DNA of 62,382 nucleotides, filler included. It is 5 parts of 5 records of this genome, joined end to end, with 100 filler letters (N's around TTAATTAATTAA, not from the genome) between each part and the next. Parts side by side here need not be neighbours in the genome. Positions count along the whole stretch, not along the records: positions 16,865 to 27,248 come from SRR2962707_3062; positions 27,349 to 32,510 come from SRR2962707_3065; 3 more parts are not named here. One strand, written 5' to 3'. This document shows positions 19,946 through 30,826 of this stretch, piece by piece. Each line of letters begins with the position of its first letter. Position 1 is the stretch's first letter. A program made the translations under genes and the position numbers. The notes under the pieces are model-generated. The model was given only the letters and a program-made list of their open reading frames with translations, was not told where the DNA came from and searched no databases.

Positions 19946-22126
19946 ATGACACTTCGTAGACTTTGCTTCACTTCGACCATCGCGCTTTGCGCGGGCTCCG
20001 GCTCTCTCGCGCTGACCGCGGGTACGGCCATGGCCGACATGACCTTCAACCGCATCGCCAGCTTTGCCGTGGCCCGCAATATGGCAGAAGGCGAAGACCT
20101 GTCCCGCGAATCCTCGGCCGAGATCATTTCGGTCAGCGAAGACGGCATGACGCTGGCCTATACAGACAGCCCCCTGGGCGTGCTGGGCCGCATCGACATC
20201 ACTGACCCCGCCAATCCGCAGCCGTTGGGCAACATCGAACTGGGCGGAGAGCCGACCGCCGTCAGCGTCGTAGGCAGCACTGCATATGTCGCCGTCAACA
20301 CCTCGGAGAGCTACACCGCGCCGTCGGGCCATCTGTCGGCCTTTGATCTGGCAAGCGGCGAAGAACTGGCGCAGTGCGATCTGGGCGGTCAGCCCGATTC
20401 CACCGCCTTTGCCAAGGACAGCAGCTTTATCGCCGTGGCGATTGAGAACGAGCGTGACGAAGATCTGGGCGATGGCCGGGTCGGCCAGATGCCCGGCGGC
20501 GATGTCGTGATGATCGATCTTGCCGGCGGCACAATGGACTGCGCGACACTGCGCCACGCCGATGTGACCGGTCTTGCCGAAATTTCCCCCGAAGACCCCG
20601 AGCCCGAGTTCACTGACATCAACAGCCTTGGCGAAGTCGCCGTGACCCTGCAGGAAAACAACGAGATCGTTATTCTGTCGCGCGAAGGCGAAGTGCTGAA
20701 CCATTTCAGCGCCGGTGCCGTGGATCTGGAAGGTATCGACGCAACGGATGAGCGCGCGGCGCTTCTGTTCACCGAATCCCAGCCTGGCCGCCTGCGTGAA
20801 CCCGACGCGGTTCAGTGGCTGGACGACGATCACCTTGTCATCGCCAACGAAGGTGACATGGACGGCGGATCGCGCGGTTTCACCGTCTTTAACAAGGATG
20901 GGACCGAAGTTTACGAGAGCGGCACCAGCTTTGAGCAGGCCGTTATCCAGGTCGGCCATTACCCGGACAAACGTTCGGATGCCAAAGGGATCGAGCCCGA
21001 GGGTATGGAAATCGCCGCTTTCGACGGCGTCCCCTATTTGTTCTTGCTGGCTGAGCGCGCCTCGGTCATCGGTGTCTATGACATGAGCAACCCGGCTAAC
21101 CCGGTGCTCAAACAGATCCTGCCATCGGGCATCGCGCCCGAAGGTGCCGTTGCCATCCCCCAGCGCAACTTGGTGGTCACCGCGAACGAGGCTGACCTGA
21201 TCGAAGACGGCGGCGTGCGTTCGCACGTCATGATCTACGAATATGCTGAGGGCGAAGCCGCCTATCCGACGCTGACATCGGAGGGTATGGAAGAGCTGAC
21301 CGGCTGGGGCGCAATTTCCGGTCTGGTCGCGGGCGAAGGCTCAACACTCTACGCTGTGAACGACAGCTTCTACGGCTACCAGCCGACGATCTTTACCATC
21401 GACACCGCGACTAAGCCTGCAAAAATCACCAATGCGCTGCCTGTCACCCGTGCCGGAATGCCCGCGCAAAAGCTGGACATGGAAGGCATCACGCTGGACG
21501 GAGAGGGTGGTTTCTGGCTCGCTTCCGAGGGCCGCACCGACCGTCTCGTGCCGCACGCCCTGTACCACGTGGATGCCAAGGGCGAGATCAGGGAAGAAAT
21601 CTCCCTGCCTGCTGAATTACTGGCGCATGAAAAGCGCTTTGGCTTTGAAGGCATCACCAAGGTTGGTGATACGCTATGGATGGCAGTGCAGCGTGAATGG
21701 GGCGACGATCCCAAGGATCACGTGAAGCTGTTGGCCTACAACGTTGTATCCGGGGAATGGGGCGCCGTCCTTTACCCCAAGGCATCGACAGATACCGGCT
21801 GGACCGGCCTGTCGGAAATCGTGGCCCACGGCGACTGGTTCTATGTGATCGAACGGGACAACCAGATCGGCGACGCCGCCGTTACGAAAAAGATCTATCG
21901 TATCGCTGCTGCCGAAATGGTTCCGGGCGCGCTGGGTTCGGAACTCAACGTCGTGACCAAGGAAGAGGTGCGTGACCTTATTCCCGATCTCAAGGCATGG
22001 GGCGGCTATGTCGTTGACAAAATCGAAGGTCTGGCCGTGACCGAAGATGGCACATTCTGGGTGGCTACCGACAACGACGGTGTCGACGATAGCTCGGGTG
22101 AAACCTTCCTGTGGTCGTTTAAATAA
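19946..22126 (+). CDS. Secreted two-domain beta-propeller protein with a C-terminal phytase-like (esterase-like activity of phytase) domain
   Basis: Signal peptide; PEPE, EPD, KGIEPEG in the N-terminal domain; D.EGI, GFEG, GLSEI, KIEG, DNDG in the C-terminal domain. Confidence 0.8.
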   Translation: MTLRRLCFTSTIALCAGSGSLALTAGTAMADMTFNRIASFAVARNMAEGEDLSRESSAEIISVSEDGMTLAYTDSPLGVLGRIDITDPANPQPLGNIELGGEPTAVSVVGSTAYVAVNTSESYTAPSGHLSAFDLASGEELAQCDLGGQPDSTAFAKDSSFIAVAIENERDEDLGDGRVGQMPGGDVVMIDLAGGTMDCATLRHADVTGLAEISPEDPEPEFTDINSLGEVAVTLQENNEIVILSREGEVLNHFSAGAVDLEGIDATDERAALLFTESQPGRLREPDAVQWLDDDHLVIANEGDMDGGSRGFTVFNKDGTEVYESGTSFEQAVIQVGHYPDKRSDAKGIEPEGMEIAAFDGVPYLFLLAERASVIGVYDMSNPANPVLKQILPSGIAPEGAVAIPQRNLVVTANEADLIEDGGVRSHVMIYEYAEGEAAYPTLTSEGMEELTGWGAISGLVAGEGSTLYAVNDSFYGYQPTIFTIDTATKPAKITNALPVTRAGMPAQKLDMEGITLDGEGGFWLASEGRTDRLVPHALYHVDAKGEIREEISLPAELLAHEKRFGFEGITKVGDTLWMAVQREWGDDPKDHVKLLAYNVVSGEWGAVLYPKASTDTGWTGLSEIVAHGDWFYVIERDNQIGDAAVTKKIYRIAAAEMVPGALGSELNVVTKEEVRDLIPDLKAWGGYVVDKIEGLAVTEDGTFWVATDNDGVDDSSGETFLWSFK

Positions 22127-22145
22127 GCTGACCAAAGCACGCGAG

Positions 22146-22178
22146 AAGGCCCGCCCTGTTTCATCAGGGCGGGCCTTT
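22146..22178. terminator. Terminator hairpin between convergent genes
   Basis: AAGGCCCGCCCTG-N6-CAGGGCGGGCCTT. Confidence 0.8.
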
Positions 22179-22274
22179 GCACATCTGCTGTACGGTTCTG
22201 CTGGGCAATGAACATGAAGAGGGGGCTGATGCTGTGCCATGGGCAGCCCGACCCGAACGTCTGTCAGACGGGCA

Positions 22275-22643
22275 CTACATGTCTGGCGACAATGCAATCC
22301 GAAAAGTTCGGTCAGACCAACCGTCGGACGAACAATGCGCCCGAACGAATAGCTCGCGCACACCATCCGGGACCATCACGGATGACAGGGACCGTTTGAA
22401 AGGCTGCTCGTGCACATGCGGGTGCAACAGTTCACGGGTGGCGATGACGTTTCCGTCAGCGTCCTCGACCTGCCAGCTGTCGACATAGTGGTCCCAGCCG
22501 GTATCAGCGTGGCGCAGCGTTACGGCAATACGCCATCCCATGCCAACCTTGTCCGTTTTGACCGACACAATCTCGGGCGCGTCGGCCACCGCGGACGAGG
22601 CCACCACAAGCGCAAGTGCGCAACATGCAAAGAATGTTTTCAT
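22275..22643 (-). CDS. Conserved secreted hypothetical protein
   Basis: Signal peptide; H.DTGWDHY.D.W, LLHPHVHEQPF.RSL, AHC..DGW. Confidence 0.8.
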   Translation of the reverse strand: MKTFFACCALALVVASSAVADAPEIVSVKTDKVGMGWRIAVTLRHADTGWDHYVDSWQVEDADGNVIATRELLHPHVHEQPFKRSLSSVMVPDGVRELFVRAHCSSDGWSDRTFRIALSPDM

Positions 22644-22647
22644 GCTG

Positions 22648-23409
22648 TCACCCTAGCAGCTTGCGCGGGCAACTGGCGTCAACTTCGCGTGTGTCTTTTG
22701 TGTATGGCACGCGATCACTGTCATCCAGCAAAACAGCGCGCGAAGCGGACCAGAATTCGCGCCGCAGGATCACCAGCAGCGTGAACAGCGCGGCCAGGAT
22801 CAGCGGCCAGGCCCCGACCAGCCATGCGGCGGAGGCGATGCCGAAGTATACGGAGCGCAGGCCGCCATTAAAACTGCGAGCGGCAGTAATGTTAACTTCG
22901 CCCGACTTTGCGGCGCGGACAAAGGCAGCCGGGTTTGCGGCGTCATTGGGTACCGCCGCCATCAGCACCGCACAGTAACCGAAAAGCCGATGCGACCAGA
23001 CAAATTTCAGAAATCCGTTGGTGGCAAAGAACAACATCAACAGCAGCTTGATCTCCCACACGACGGCTGGTGTCGTGCCCAGCGTCAGATCCTGCGCCAC
23101 GCCGCGCAGCATGTCGGCATTGCCGATCAGCGCCAGACCGCCGCCGATTGCAATCATGCTGGCCGAGGCAAAGAACGCCGCCCCCTGCCGCATGTTGTCG
23201 ATGATCTGCGAATCGAAAATTCGCGGCTCGCGTGTCACGAAATGCCGCAGCCATTCGCGGCGGTAATCTGCCATCAGCATTGAGACCGAGGGCCGCCGCT
23301 TTGGTGGGTAATCTATTACTCTGGATGCACCCATCCAGCCCAGCAGCAACAGGGCCAGCGCGACATAATCCATCACCGTGAAGAGTTCCAGTTGATCGCT
23401 CCAGATCAT
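22648..23409 (-). CDS. DUF599 family membrane protein
   Basis: R.FD..I...RQG.AFFAS, F.KFVWS.RLFGY, FN.GLR..YF. Confidence 0.85.
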   Translation of the reverse strand: MIWSDQLELFTVMDYVALALLLLGWMGASRVIDYPPKRRPSVSMLMADYRREWLRHFVTREPRIFDSQIIDNMRQGAAFFASASMIAIGGGLALIGNADMLRGVAQDLTLGTTPAVVWEIKLLLMLFFATNGFLKFVWSHRLFGYCAVLMAAVPNDAANPAAFVRAAKSGEVNITAARSFNGGLRSVYFGIASAAWLVGAWPLILAALFTLLVILRREFWSASRAVLLDDSDRVPYTKDTREVDASCPRKLLG

Positions 23410-23418
23410 GCCTATGCC

Positions 23419-23829
23419 TTAGTACGGCTTGACGACAACGACCCATAGGATCGCGATAACCGCCAGCACGCTAACTTCGTTGAATATCCGCAGAAACATA
23501 TCCGATTCGGAAAACACGCCCCTGCGTGCCCGCTGGACCATGCATCCGGTCCAGCTATAATGTGCCGCCAGCGCCAGAACGATGCACAGCTTGATCCAGA
23601 CCCATGTAGGAAACCCCCATATCGCGGCAAGCCAAAGCCCGGTGATCAACGCGATCACCCCCAGCCCGGTGGAAAAACGATAAAGCCGGACCGTCAGGTC
23701 GCCCAGCGGCCCGAATTCCCCAATACGGGCATATTCGCGCTTCCAAAAGATCAGCGCGCGCGGCACGGCAAAGATGCTGGTCATCCAGCCCATGACGCAC
23801 AGAAGATGTATGATCTTGACCCAGTCCAT
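23419..23829 (-). CDS. HemJ/CopD-like (UPF0093) membrane protein
   Basis: WVK..H...V..W, W...KL..V, R.FNE, VVVKP. Confidence 0.75.
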   Translation of the reverse strand: MDWVKIIHLLCVMGWMTSIFAVPRALIFWKREYARIGEFGPLGDLTVRLYRFSTGLGVIALITGLWLAAIWGFPTWVWIKLCIVLALAAHYSWTGCMVQRARRGVFSESDMFLRIFNEVSVLAVIAILWVVVVKPY

Positions 23830-23948
23830 GCGTTGATCCCTGCGACAGACCTGCTGATTTCGCAAGTCATGCGTCGTCGACTTTTGATTTTCTTGTGGTA
23901 GACGTGTCGTTTTGGTTTTATTATATTACCAATTCTAAGGATAATGCC

Positions 23949-25397
23949 ATGGAAATGCCGATTCCGAATGCCGATGTGATCGCCCGCAAGGCGCAGATCG
24001 TTGCGGCCCTTAGCAAGGTATTGCCCGCAGCGGCGGTAATTTCTGACGTGTCTGAAACCCGTGCCTATGAATGCGACGCGCTGACCGCCTATCGCTGCGC
24101 GCCTCTGGCCGTGGTTCTGCCGCAGTCAACTGCCGAAGTTTCGGCGGTGCTGAAGGTTTGTCATGAAATGGGTGTGCCGGTCGTCCCGCGCGGGTCGGGT
24201 ACGTCACTGGCGGGTGGGGCGTTGCCCACAGCGGACAGCGTGATACTGGGCGTGGCGCGGATGAACGATGTGATCGAAACAGATTACGACAACCGTTTCA
24301 TCCGTGTGCAGACCGGCCGCACGAACCTAAGCGTGACCGGCGCTGTCGAACAGGAAGATTTCTTTTATGCCCCTGACCCGTCGTCCCAGTTGGCCTGCGC
24401 CATCGCTGGCAATATCGCGATGAATTCCGGCGGGGCGCATTGCCTCAAATATGGTGTGACGACGAACAACCTGCTGGGTGTCACCATTGTGCTGATGGAT
24501 GGCACCGTTACGGAAATCGGCGGTGCATATCTGGATTCCGGCGGGTTGGACCTGCTGGGGTTGATCTGCGGTTCAGAGGGGCAGCTTGGCGTCGTGACAG
24601 AGGCGACACTGCGCATTCTACGCAAACCCGAAGGTGCGCGGCCAGTCCTGATGGGATTTAACGACAATGAAGTGGCCGGTGCCTGCGTGTCCGACATCAT
24701 CAAGGCCGGTGTGCTGCCGGTGGCGATCGAATTCATGGACCGCCCCTGCATCGAAGCCTGCGAAGCCTTTGCCCACGCCGGTTATCCAGTGTGCGAAGCA
24801 TTGCTGATCGTCGAAGTCGAAGGTTCGGCCGCCGAAATTGACGATCAGCTTGCGCTGATCCTCGATATCGCGCGCCGCCATGACCCTGTGGAACTGCGCG
24901 AGGCAAAGGATGCAGACGAGGCGGGCCGCATCTGGCTTGGCCGCAAATCAGCCTTTGGCGCGATGGGGCAGATCAATGATTATATGTGCCTTGATGGAAC
25001 GATCCCAGTGTCGTCGCTGCCCTATGTATTGCGCAGGATCAGCGAGTTTTCCAAACAATACGGATTGGGCGTGGCCAACGTGTTTCACGCAGGCGACGGC
25101 AACATGCATCCGCTGATCCTGTTCGACGCGAACAAACCCGGCGATCTTGAATTGTGCGAGGAGATGGGCGCCGACATCCTGCGGCTGTGCGTCGAGGTCG
25201 GCGGATGCCTGACCGGTGAACACGGGGTCGGTATCGAAAAACGCGATCTGATGATTAATCAGTTCGCGCCGGATGACCTTGAGGCGCAGATGGCCGTCAA
25301 GGATGTGTTCGATCCGAAATGGTTGTTGAACCCGGCCAAGGTGTTTCCGCTCGCCGTGTCGGAAGGCCGCCGTAGCCTACCGCTGGCGGACGAATAG
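23949..25397 (+). CDS. glcD: Glycolate oxidase subunit GlcD
   Basis: PRGSGTSLAGG, APDPSS, HAGDGNMHP, GEHGVG.EK. Confidence 0.93.
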   Translation: MEMPIPNADVIARKAQIVAALSKVLPAAAVISDVSETRAYECDALTAYRCAPLAVVLPQSTAEVSAVLKVCHEMGVPVVPRGSGTSLAGGALPTADSVILGVARMNDVIETDYDNRFIRVQTGRTNLSVTGAVEQEDFFYAPDPSSQLACAIAGNIAMNSGGAHCLKYGVTTNNLLGVTIVLMDGTVTEIGGAYLDSGGLDLLGLICGSEGQLGVVTEATLRILRKPEGARPVLMGFNDNEVAGACVSDIIKAGVLPVAIEFMDRPCIEACEAFAHAGYPVCEALLIVEVEGSAAEIDDQLALILDIARRHDPVELREAKDADEAGRIWLGRKSAFGAMGQINDYMCLDGTIPVSSLPYVLRRISEFSKQYGLGVANVFHAGDGNMHPLILFDANKPGDLELCEEMGADILRLCVEVGGCLTGEHGVGIEKRDLMINQFAPDDLEAQMAVKDVFDPKWLLNPAKVFPLAVSEGRRSLPLADE

Positions 25398-25470
25398 GGG
25401 GGAAGGGGGCCAGCAGCCCCCGTTGCGCGTGCCGCGCATTTACCCCCGGGATATGCAAGACCCGGAGAAG
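25398..25470. repeat. Possible Rhodobacteraceae intergenic REP-like element
   Basis: GGGGGC-CAGCA-GCCCCC hairpin, then TGCGCG/CGCGCA and CCCCCGGGATAT...AGAAG. Resemblance to a common roseobacter repeat is from memory; single copy here. Confidence 0.35.
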
Positions 25471-25472
25471 AC

Positions 25473-26588
25473 ATGAGACCTGAGACAGAAACCGACCTGG
25501 CCGAGATGATCGCAGATGCGAAGACCCCGCTGCACGTGCAGGGGGGGGGCACCCGGTCTGTCAGGCGGTCGGTAGCGGGTGATGTGCTGGAAACCGGCGG
25601 GCTGTCCGGCGTCACGCTGTATGAACCCGGCGCGCTGACCCTTGTGGTGCGCGCCGGAACACCGCTGGCCGAAATCGAGAGGATGCTGGAGTCTGAGGGC
25701 CAGCGGCTGCCGTTCGAACCTATGGACCATCGCGGATTGCTGAGTACCACGGGTACGCCCACCATAGGCGGCGTTGTGGCAACGAACGCGTCTGGGCCGC
25801 GCCGGATTCAGGTGGGGGCCTGCCGGGATTTCATGCTGGGTGTGCGGTTCGTGGACGGCCGAGGCACGGTGATCAAAAACGGCGGGCGCGTGATGAAGAA
25901 CGTCACCGGTTACGATCTGGTCAAGCTGTTGTCGGGCAGTTGGGGTACGCTGGGTGTGTTGAGCGAGGCTTCCCTCAAAGTGCTGCCCAAACCCGATAGC
26001 GCCGCCACGCTGACCCTGCATGGTCTGGACGCGGCGCAGGCGGTCAGCGTGATGAGCTGCGCGCTCGGGTCGCCGTTTGAAATTACGGGTGCGGCGCATG
26101 ATCCGCAGGCGGGGCAGACGCTGCTGCGGATCGAAGGATTCGCGCAATCCGTGGTCTATCGCGCCGCGCGGCTGCAGGCGCTGTTCAGCGACCACGCTGT
26201 TGAGGTGGAGACCGACCCTACCCGCGTTGCGACAACCTGGGCGGCGATACGCGACGTGGCGGCGATGCAAGAAGGCGTCGGCGATGTCTGGCGGCTGTCG
26301 GTGAAACCATCGGATGCCCCCGAAGTTTCCGCACGTCTGGAGGCAGAGGCGCTGTTGTTCGACTGGGGCGGCGGGCTGATCTGGGCGCGCGTGCCCGAGG
26401 GCACGGATCTACGCGCCCGGCTGGGCGGTGTGGCCGGACATGCGACGCTGGTGCGAGGGTCCGACGCAAGCCGTGCCGCCCTGCCGGTGTTTCATCCGGA
26501 ACCCGCACCGCTGGCCCGAATTACCGATGGTTTGCGTCAGCATTTTGATCCGCGTGGCATCCTCAATCCCGGGCTGATGGGGGCGTGA
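25473..26588 (+). CDS. glcE: Glycolate oxidase FAD-binding subunit GlcE
   Basis: GGRVMKNVTGYDL.KL, FDP.GILNPG. Confidence 0.93.
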   Translation: MRPETETDLAEMIADAKTPLHVQGGGTRSVRRSVAGDVLETGGLSGVTLYEPGALTLVVRAGTPLAEIERMLESEGQRLPFEPMDHRGLLSTTGTPTIGGVVATNASGPRRIQVGACRDFMLGVRFVDGRGTVIKNGGRVMKNVTGYDLVKLLSGSWGTLGVLSEASLKVLPKPDSAATLTLHGLDAAQAVSVMSCALGSPFEITGAAHDPQAGQTLLRIEGFAQSVVYRAARLQALFSDHAVEVETDPTRVATTWAAIRDVAAMQEGVGDVWRLSVKPSDAPEVSARLEAEALLFDWGGGLIWARVPEGTDLRARLGGVAGHATLVRGSDASRAALPVFHPEPAPLARITDGLRQHFDPRGILNPGLMGA

Positions 26589-26663
26589 CGGTCTCTGCTC
26601 AGCATTTTGAAACGACCTTGCCATGCTGCCGACAGGCCATGGCCCAAACGGTGACCCTTTGAC

Positions 26664-27248
26664 ATGCAGACGACCTTTACCCCAGAGCAGCTGACAGACC
26701 CGGACACGGCCCGCAGCAATGAGATTCTGCGCGCTTGCGTGCATTGCGGGTTTTGCACAGCCACCTGTCCGACCTATCAGGTGTTGGGCGATGAGCTCGA
26801 CAGCCCGCGAGGGCGGATCTACCTGATCAAGGACATGCTCGAAAACGAACGCACGCCGGATGCCAAGACGGTCAAACACATCGACCGCTGCCTCAGTTGT
26901 CTGGCCTGCATGACGACCTGCCCATCTGGCGTGCACTACATGCATCTGGTCGATCATGCCCGTGCCTATATCGAACAGAACTATAACCGCCCCTGGTCTG
27001 ATCGGGCCCTGCGGTGGGTTCTGGCGCGCATCCTGCCCTATCCGAACCGATTCCGGCTGGCGCTGCTGGGGGCCAAGATCGGGCGGCCCTTTGCCATTTT
27101 GATGCCGGACGCCCGGCTAAAGGCGATGCTGGAAATGGCACCCAGGACCATCCCGCCAGTCAGCCGCAATGACGACCCCCAAAGCTTTGCGCCCCTTGCC
27201 CCGCGTAAGAAACGTGTTGCGCTGATGACGGGCTGTGCGCAAAAGGCG
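26664..27248 (+). CDS. glcF: Glycolate oxidase Fe-S subunit GlcF, truncated
   Basis: CVHCGFCTATCP and CLSCLACMTTCP 4Fe-4S motifs. Confidence 0.93.
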
Positions 27249-27348
27249 NNNNNNNNNNNNNNNNNNNNNNNNNNNNNNNNNNNNNNNNNNNNTTAATTAA
27301 TTAANNNNNNNNNNNNNNNNNNNNNNNNNNNNNNNNNNNNNNNNNNNN
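27249..27348. other. Artificial contig junction
   Basis: N-run with TTAATTAATTAA (27293-27304). Confidence 0.98.
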
Positions 27349-27378
27349 TGTGTGCGTGTGTGTGTGTGCGTGCGTGTG
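27349..27378. repeat. Imperfect (TG)n microsatellite at the contig end
   Basis: TGTGTGCGTGTGTGTGTGTGCGTGCGTGTG. Confidence 0.9.
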
Positions 27379-27401
27379 CCAAGCATCAACATCTCATCAT
27401 C

Positions 27402-30400
27402 ATGCTTTCCCGTTTTCGAGGAAGCAATCCCAGCTACGTCGTGGCCAAAGTGTTGCGCCTGCGCAGCTCAGTTTTGCAGCCAGCTAGTCGATCTGCGTTG
27501 AGTCGTGTCGATGGGGCAGTTCGAGGACGTTCGTCCTCCTGCGTGCGCAGCGGCGTTGATCTCGTGCAGTGCCCGACTGCTGCTGCACGGGGGAGGCTGT
27601 GTCGACCAGCGAGTTTCTCTCGTTCGGTGGCCACATCAAGCCGGGAAAAGGGGCAGCGGCACGCGCAAAAACCAAGCAAGGCAAAGCACTCCCACTCTGC
27701 CAAGAACAAGCGAGCGCATCGACAACCGCGCCAAAATGGAGGTGCAAAGGCTGCTCCGCAAAACGCGCGGCCAGCACGCACCAATGGCAACAACGCGAAC
27801 TCCAATAGGCCACATGATCACAGCCCGACGGTTACGACGGCGTACACTTTCTCGCGCAAGAAATTAGGGTCTCTTGCCGCCGTGGAGGACCAGCTGCGCA
27901 ATCTTGGGAGCCCAGGGTACTTGCCGGCCACGTCATTGTCCGTAGCGCAATGCATCCACGCATGCGTTGTCCACGGGGATATTCCAGCAGCAGTTCACAT
28001 TTTATCGCAGCTCACACACACCCCGCTGGGTGGTGGCAGCACCGAAGCTGGGAGTGATCAGGCACCTTTAAAACTTCCGAATCTCACTTCTCAGCGGGAA
28101 CGCCAGCGCCAGCATGACCAAAAGGAGCAGGGGCTGGGTCATGTTGCCGATACTGCAGAGATCGATGACCTACTGTCCGCTCCAGTAGCAGGAGCTAGAC
28201 CTGAATTCGGCGAGGGAGCCCATCCGCCCGCGCCAGACGCAGGTGTCTACGCGCGTTTTATTTTTGCGTGCGCCCAAGTCAATGACCGTGAGGCTTACGA
28301 GCATGCTGTAGGCTTACTGCGCTGGGCACACAAGCGCGTCTTTGCGGGGGAGTTTGACGCATCAGGTAAAATGGTGGATGCTTGGGCCGCTGTTGCCCAA
28401 GCAAGTGGTCGCCATGCGAAGGCCCCAGCAATGCTCAGAGTGCTTGCCGATTTTCCGTCTTGTCCAATTGCTCAGCAACATGGTGAAGTGAATTTGCCGA
28501 TTGCAGCTGCCAGAGTGTTTGGGGAAGCAATTCATCGGTCGGGCCACAAACGTGCGGAACGGGCGGAACAAGTTCTGGAGTTGTACGAATCGAAAGGGTA
28601 TGGGATTGGTGGTTGTAGTGACGACTCTTCAATTCATGCTGATTCACAAGGACGTTCAGTGACGCGTGTCTACGATGAGATGGCACTCATCTACACGGCC
28701 ACGAAGAATTGGGAGGCCGTTGACTTGATTTTCCAAAGCTTACGCCGCGCTAGACTTCCGTGCACCGGGGCTTGCCTGGCAGTTTTTACGTCAATTGATC
28801 GCAGCCTTCCTCCCGAGGCAGCTATGCGAATGCGGAATATGTCAGCAGCACAGGTTGAAGAAATGACGGCCAGTGATTCTCCGGCTGGAATTATCCGACG
28901 ACTGGCCGGGTACGTCGACGAGGAGTTAGCACGTGGATCCCCGCGAGGTCGCACGCTTGTGCCCGCAGCAGAAGTGTACAATAAAGCTATTTCAGCCCTG
29001 TCAAAGCTGGGAGATTGTGATGGCAGCCTCCGTGCGCTGCAGCTGGGCCTGAAAGCTGCCAGCCGATCTGCCAGCAGCAACGACGACGGAGTCCCGAGCA
29101 GTGAAGCTGCTCGCTCGTTGATTTCAGTTTGTTGCGCTTTTAGACGCTTCGACGAAGCAACGGGGTTACTGAACATGATGGGTTCACAGTGGGGCCTACA
29201 GCCAACAGCGCAACAATATAAAAGTGTCATTTCTGCCCTCGCACAGCAGCCGCCTCGCGACAAATCGCAGCCTGCTGAGCGGGCTCGAAGACTTATTGCC
29301 ACATTGTTAGCTGATTTGGGCCGTAACCCGAGTGCGTTCGAAACTGCGGCTGGTTCTTCCCAGGGTGTCCATGTGAAGTCCCAGGGTAAGAAAAATGCCA
29401 AAGGTGCGAAAGGACATTCCTCCGCCGCTGAAGGGTCTGTGCTCTACGATTGCTTCTATTCCGCTGTGCAGGCGCAAATCAAAGCAGGCCTGTGGAAAGA
29501 GGCGCTCGCCATTGCTGTAGAACTTCCTGTCAAACAGCGAAACGCGACCCACGGGCAGTCGTTGGCCACACTGTATCCTCCAGGATCTTCCGCTGCCGCA
29601 GCTGCGAGTGGGACGAGTGCTCTGTCCCTGGACACAGTTGCCTGCGGTGCCGAGGAATGTGACGTGAAGTTGACGACAATTGTGGTCAAAGCCGCCATGA
29701 AGGCTGAAGACTGGGATGCGGTACTGGCAGTGCATAATCAGCTCGTAACGCCCCAATCCGAACTTGCTGCGGCTGCTGTTGCTGCAGCGCCTGAGGCCAA
29801 TGTCCAGCGTCGTATGGAACAAGCATTCCGTGCTTTTGATGTTCAATACTTTCGCGCAGTCGCAGCCGCAATGTTCAAGCGGCGAAGGTGGGCTGACGCC
29901 CTGAAACTTCGCTCTCTGTGGGTGCAACGCCACCCCTCCCGGGGATGCCTTCAAATTGCACGAACGCTATTGTACGCTGCTGAGCGCACAAATGCGGTTG
30001 AGGAAGGTCTGGAGGTGCTGGAAGACCTGCAGGTACACTTTTCAAATGATTAGCCCTTTCGCGTGCCCCTTTGTTGCTTGCGGGTTTACACTGCGCTTGG
30101 TACTTACATGTGCACTGACCTTTCGTGTTTGTGTCAGTTGCGGAAGCGGCGCATCAAAGCGGAATTGCCAGTTGCCGCTGCAATTCGTCTTCTTGAGCGG
30201 CGTGGAGGTCAAAGCGATCGCGCTTGCGAAATGCTGGATCGATGGCTGAACGATGTTAGCTATGGGCAGCTGTCACCGCCTGGGTCAGTCATTGTAGGGT
30301 TGTTTGTGACACTGCTGATAAACTTGCTTAAACCAGCGGCCTGAAGCATGGTGTCTGATTTGGCTCGCGTGTTGTGTGCGGTGACCAGGTATGACACGTT

Positions 30401-30536
30401 TCAAAGTGTTGCTCGAGCTTGCCTGGCCGAGGGTAAAGACCAAATGAGCCGGGAAGTCATTGCCAAGCGAAAGAAATTCCACAATCGTGTCAAAGAGGAC
30501 ACACCAACTGCTCCCGAGTTGAACAACCTCTTTTGA
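27402..30536 (+). CDS. Eukaryotic pentatricopeptide-repeat-like protein, 3 predicted exons (introns 30033-30137 and 30284-30346)
   Basis: Arg/Ser-rich N-terminus; PPR-like helices (PDAGVYARFIFACA, PAAEVYNKAISALSKLG, GLQPTAQQYKSVISALA); GT-AG introns restore the frame. Confidence 0.65.
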
Positions 30537-30826
30537 GCTTGCTGGTTCACATTTCTTACCCATAATAGTCACATGCACCCCTTTCCCAAAGTGCCCAGCA
30601 ACAATGTGGCATATGCGACATGGATGTCTTGGGGCTCGCGTGTACCGCCACAAACGGGATTCGCGCAGGAGGTGGTGTGTCATTTATTCCGTTCACTTAA
30701 TTTTATGCCATGACTTCCACAAGCTGTCCCGCAATTGCAACAACCTCAGATTTTGCACGCTTGCTCGATGAGTGTGACAGCCCACTCTGTAAATCAATCA
30801 CGAACACGTGCGCACGCCCAAGCCCG

